A DNA stretch of 53,134 nucleotides from Octopus bimaculoides (lineage: Eukaryota): assembly GCF_001194135.2 (NCBI RefSeq), contig NC_068984.1, positions 36,132,424-36,185,557 of the forward strand, written 5' to 3'. Both the position numbers and the translations under genes were made by a program. The notes under the pieces were generated by a model, which made no database searches, was not told where the DNA came from, and was given only the letters and a program-made list of their open reading frames with translations. Numbering within the stretch: position 1 is the stretch's first letter; each line of letters opens with the position of its first letter. This document shows positions 51,208 to 53,134 of the stretch, in pieces.

Positions 51208-52594
51208 GTGTATTTTTTTCTTTATGAATGCGATTAAAAATTACATCGTTTTCTATTATCTGTAACAAACATCATAAAAAGTACAATTTCATATAAAACT
51301 TCAAATAAAATCCTTTCATCCCAAATTCCATACTTTAAATATATATATTATTCTGTTGGTCATGATATATGACACTTTTAATAAGATTAAGTTGAGAACG
51401 AAATATAAGTTACTACCTAAATGTTTCTTCTACAACCTTACCTGTGAAGCAAATTTTGGGAAATAATAATTCCTAACAGAATAAAACAGTGTCATGAAGA
51501 TCAATAAACTTATGCAGGAAAAATCTGAAATAAAAACAATTGTAAGAAAAGTAGTACCCAAGGATTTATGTATAATAAAATGAGCGTTTATATCAATAAA
51601 CCTTTCTTTCCCCTTGTAAAACAATATATCAAGCAGAATCGTGTCTCTAAAATTTACTTACAAATATCTATTATCCATCGTAAGAACACTAAGTACAATA
51701 GGATATAAAGCGGAGCCAAAACAACCGCATCCACTTTCGGTTGTTTTTTGTTTAGATTTCTTTCAACAGAAACCCTCATTTTCGACTGCAGAGATTCCGA
51801 ATCTGCATAAAACAAAAATCGGCATTTCAAAATTTTTATTTCTTTTGCAGATTCGGATTCTCCGCAGTCGAAAAAGTGTTTTTTCTGTAGAAAAAAATAA
51901 AAATAACCGAAAAGAGGTGCGGTCAATGTCGTTAACCTCCGCCTGATATAACACGTAGATAGTTAAAACACAAATAGTTTTACATTCATAGTGTTTTATC
52001 AATCAAGTATATGTGAATGTTACAAGTTCTTATTGAAAGTTATTTATTATAGGCTAAGCTGCATGATTGTTAAAGGAAAAAGAACACAGTCTTCAATGAA
52101 AATATTAGAACAAGTGAAATAAATTACAAAAAGCGAGTTAACATTTTATAAACAAGAAGTTTGTCTACTGGTACGTCTGTGAAAGGGTATGGAAATATTT
52201 TAGGATGATATCTTAAAAAATAATCGATGAATATATATATACTGAATATATAAATATTCTGAGTAAAATATGAATAGCTATATGATTAACTGTACAGTCT
52301 GTTGCTTAGCGAATATCTGAGATACATGTACGACTGACTAAGAGTTCTAAGCCTTGCAGATTACATAACCAATAAGAGAAAACAATTTTGGAGTACTTAT
52401 ACAGAAAAACTCATACGCTAGATAGAAATTATGAAAACATACGGATGTAACAAGATACTTTTACAATAGTGTATTATAAGAGATTGGAATGTGAATAAGA
52501 CTTAGAATAGATTTTATATTGATATAGCAGTCATAAGAAAAAGGAAATAAACTAGGAACGGTAGGAACGCATCAAGCTGTCTGGTACTTCATTG

Positions 52595-52699
52595 TAACAT
52601 CCTTGGAGGTATCAAAGACAAAATCGAAAGCGCCAAAATATGAGTTCCGTTTGTAATAGACGCAAGAAATACAGTAAAGCATATTCCCGAAGCGTTAAC

Positions 52700-52789
<90 letters not shown>

Positions 52790-52948
52790 AATAATAAAAA
52801 TAATAATAATAATAATAGTGTTTCTAGGTCCCGCATACATATTACGCCGTGTACTCTCGATGAGATGAGGACCTGCTGTGAGCCTAGGGTCAAGGGATGA
52901 CCCCGTTTCAGCAAAACACAACGGACCATATTTTATTTAATAATAATA

Positions 52949-52949
<1 letters not shown>
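52595..52949 (+). mobile_element. R4/Dong REL-domain 3' end interrupted by (AAT)n(AAC)n
   Basis: KI*VPFVIDARNTVKHIPEAL (about PxVIGALGTV), then the microsatellite, then VFLGPAYILRRVLSMR* (52818-52868), a UTR and (AAT)n. Confidence 0.65.
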
Positions 52950-53004
<55 letters not shown>

Positions 53005-53005
<1 letters not shown>

Positions 53006-53134
53006 TTATGTTTGACTTTTGTTTTGCATTTGTACAAGTTGGATCCAAGTCTCACCCAGAGACCTCAAGAGACAACAAGTTAGAAGTTCATGTAGGTGTT
53101 ATGCCTAGGGTACCATATATTTGGATTTGTACAG
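53005..53134 (-). mobile_element. Probable LINE 3'UTR ending in an (AAT)n tail on the minus strand
   Basis: Unique sequence running into (AAT)n on the minus strand, like the other Dong ends; no coding part lies inside the window. Confidence 0.5.

Overview
AT-rich, repeat-dense eukaryotic (metazoan) DNA with seven N-gaps, most flanked by (TA)n. The SINE families, microsatellites and LINE clades best fit a cephalopod (Octopus-like) genome; this is inference and no search was run. I find no intact protein-coding gene. The window is a graveyard of mobile elements: several subfamilies of R4/Dong-type (REL endonuclease) LINEs in (AAT)n arrays, Tx1/L1-clade LINE pieces, RTE-clade remnants, a Penelope GIY-YIG fragment, a mariner with both TIRs, a Tc1 copy, tRNA-derived SINEs and an unclassified ~0.5 kb repeat. 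Between the repeats, the + strand carries many decayed exon-like pieces resembling laminin-type EGF and FN3 domains, possibly a pseudogenised EGF/FN3 cell-surface receptor locus. Two observations stand out. First, complementary junctions hint at a Tx1-clade LINE targeting a specific site in a SINE. Second, Dong LINEs and SINEs occupy the same TAA microsatellites in opposite polarity. All alignments and translations were done by eye, and coordinates of decayed elements are approximate.
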